A stretch of 29,893 bases of DNA. Source: a virus. Position 1 is the first letter of the stretch. Each line of letters opens with the position of its first letter. Positions 28,586 through 29,893 of this stretch are shown in pieces. The stretch lies in the UHGV virus genome UHGV-0172517, one strand, 5' to 3'. The notes under the pieces were generated by a model. The model made no database searches. It saw only the letters and a program-made list of their open reading frames with translations, and had not been told where the DNA came from. The translations under genes and the position numbers were made by a program.

Positions 28586-29893
28586 ATGGCAGCAGTAAAA
28601 ATCTCAGGTGTGCTGAAAGATGGTGCGGGAAAACCAATACAGAACTGCACTATTCAACTGAAGGCAAAGCGTAACAGCACCACGGTACTGGTGAACACGG
28701 TGGCCTCTGAAAATCCGGATGAAGCCGGGCGTTACAGCATGGATGTTGAGTATGGCCAGTACAGCGTCACCCTGCTGGTTGAAGGTTTTCCGCCTTCACA
28801 TGCCGGGACCATTACCGTCTATGAAGGCTCCAGACCAGGTACGCTGAATGATTTTCTCGGTGCCATGACGGAAGATGATGTCATGCCGGAGGCATTGCGT
28901 CGTTTTGAGGCAATGGTGGAAGAAGTGGCACGCAACGCCGAAGCCGCCTCTCAGAGCGCAGCGGCGGCAAAGAAATCCGAAACTGCAGCGGCATCATCAA
29001 AGAACGCGGCGAAAACCTCAGAAACGAATGCAGCTAACAGCGCACAGGCGGCAGCGTCCTCGCAGACTGCATCGGCAAACTCCGCGACAGCAGCCAAAAA
29101 ATCAGAAACCAACGCGAAAAACAGCGAGACAGCCGCAAAGACGAGCGAAACCAACGCAAAGTCCAGCCAGACGGCAGCGAAAACCAGCGAAACGAATGCC
29201 AAAGCCAGCGAAACTGCGGCAAAAAACAGTCAGGATGCAGCGGCCCAAAGCGAGAGTGCCGCAGCTGGTTCTGCAAGTGCGGCAGCTAATAGCCAAAAAG
29301 CTGCAAAAACCAGTGAAACTAACGCAAAGACGAGTGAAACAAAAGCAGCAGCCAGCGAGATAGAAGCAACGTCAGCCGCAACAAGAGCAGAGAATGCAGC
29401 CCGGATTGCAGAAGATGCCGCTGATCCTGCTTCAGTCCCTCCGCTTCCTGATATCTGGCTACCCTTGAATGATTCTCTGGAAGCGATAACAGGGTATGCC
29501 CCGGGCTATAAAACAATAACCATCGGCAGTGATGAAATAACAATGCCTGTTAATGGCATATGCCAATTTAGCCGCGCTTCATCAGCAACGTATATTGATA
29601 AGTCCGGGCATATTACCGTGGCAGGGAATAACGTTCCTCGTTTTGAAAAATATGGTTTGCTGATAGAGAATCAGCGAACAAACATGTTCGTAAATAGTTT
29701 TAATCCTGATGCGTGGAATAAAAGCGGTGGTATATCTGTAACATCATCAACAGATGAATTTGAGTTTAAATATGGACGTTTCACAGTAGGAAGCGACATA
29801 GCAGGAACGACAACAGGGAGAAATATATGCACAGTTGCTGGTAATAAAGGCATAGATGTGACTGGCGATGATCAGTACAGTAAAGGTCCGTAT
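28586..29893 (+). CDS. stf: Side tail fibre protein Stf-like (5' portion; runs off the window end)
   Basis: Hand-translated open frame of 436 codons with no stop to the window end, so absent from the ORF track. N-terminus MAAVKISGVLKDGAGKPIQNCTIQLKAKRNSTTVLVNTV…GRYSMDVEYGQYSV matches lambda Stf; then an Ala/Ser/Thr-rich repeat region and an AT-rich distal part. Confidence 0.8.
   Translation, partial: MAAVKISGVLKDGAGKPIQNCTIQLKAKRNSTTVLVNTVASENPDEAGRYSMDVEYGQYSVTLLVEGFPPSHAGTITVYEGSRPGTLNDFLGAMTEDDVMPEALRRFEAMVEEVARNAEAASQSAAAAKKSETAAASSKNAAKTSETNAANSAQAAASSQTASANSATAAKKSETNAKNSETAAKTSETNAKSSQTAAKTSETNAKASETAAKNSQDAAAQSESAAAGSASAAANSQKAAKTSETNAKTSETKAAASEIEATSAATRAENAARIAEDAADPASVPPLPDIWLPLNDSLEAITGYAPGYKTITIGSDEITMPVNGICQFSRASSATYIDKSGHITVAGNNVPRFEKYGLLIENQRTNMFVNSFNPDAWNKSGGISVTSSTDEFEFKYGRFTVGSDIAGTTTGRNICTVAGNKGIDVTGDDQYSKGPY
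28960..29345 (+). repeat. Imperfect tandem ~24-nt coding repeats (AKTSETNA-type octapeptides) within stf
   Basis: Recurring gcgaaaacctcagaaacgaatgca / gcgaaaaccagcgaaacgaatgcc / gcaaagacgagcgaaaccaacgca / gcaaaaaccagtgaaactaacgca units. Confidence 0.6.

Noticed and set aside
28960-29345. Possible CRISPR-like repeat array in the stf region
   Set aside because: Repeats are imperfect, in-frame coding repeats without unique spacers of uniform length, and no cas genes are present; the ori iterons at 450-600 are likewise not CRISPR.
28875-29363. 162-aa extremely basic ORF (RRQR/PKP-rich) on the + strand
   Set aside because: Out-of-frame reading of the stf Ala/Ser/Thr repeat region; the in-frame Stf reading is homologous to lambda Stf.

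Overview
This window is a ~30 kb slice of a lambda-type (lambdoid) prophage from an enterobacterial genome (E. coli/Shigella-like); every gene I accept except two moron genes is on the + strand. 1-7.5 kb is a mosaic early/nin-like and lysis module: an O-like replication initiator with an iteron origin embedded in its linker, a Ren/PerC-like regulator, a phage Dam-type N6-adenine methyltransferase, a LexA DNA-binding-domain-only protein, RusA, a KilA-N protein, a DUF968/HNH-like protein, a Q-type antiterminator, a candidate late promoter region, a small Cys-rich moron ORF, then a class I holin, R endolysin and Rz/Rz1 spanins. 7.5-8.9 kb holds an AT-rich minus-strand moron pair (DUF1398/YbcV-like plus RHH YlcI-like) and the cos site. 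9-29.9 kb is a complete lambda head and tail morphogenesis cluster (nu1, A, W, B, C/nu3, D, E, FI, FII, Z, U, V, G/G-T, H, M, L, K, I, J) with gene lengths and proteins matching my recollection of phage lambda, followed by a divergent lom-like outer membrane protein gene and the 5' part of a side tail fibre gene that runs off the window. I saw no rRNA, tRNA, CRISPR array, integrase or IS element. I did not find a clear-cut novel multi-gene system; the best candidates for something undescribed are the Cys-rich moron between Q and the holin, and the RHH/DUF1398 pair next to cos. CDS ends come from the supplied ORF track; hand-derived coordinates (hairpins, iterons, cos, slippery site, stf start) are approximate to a few nt, and nothing here was checked by a database search.
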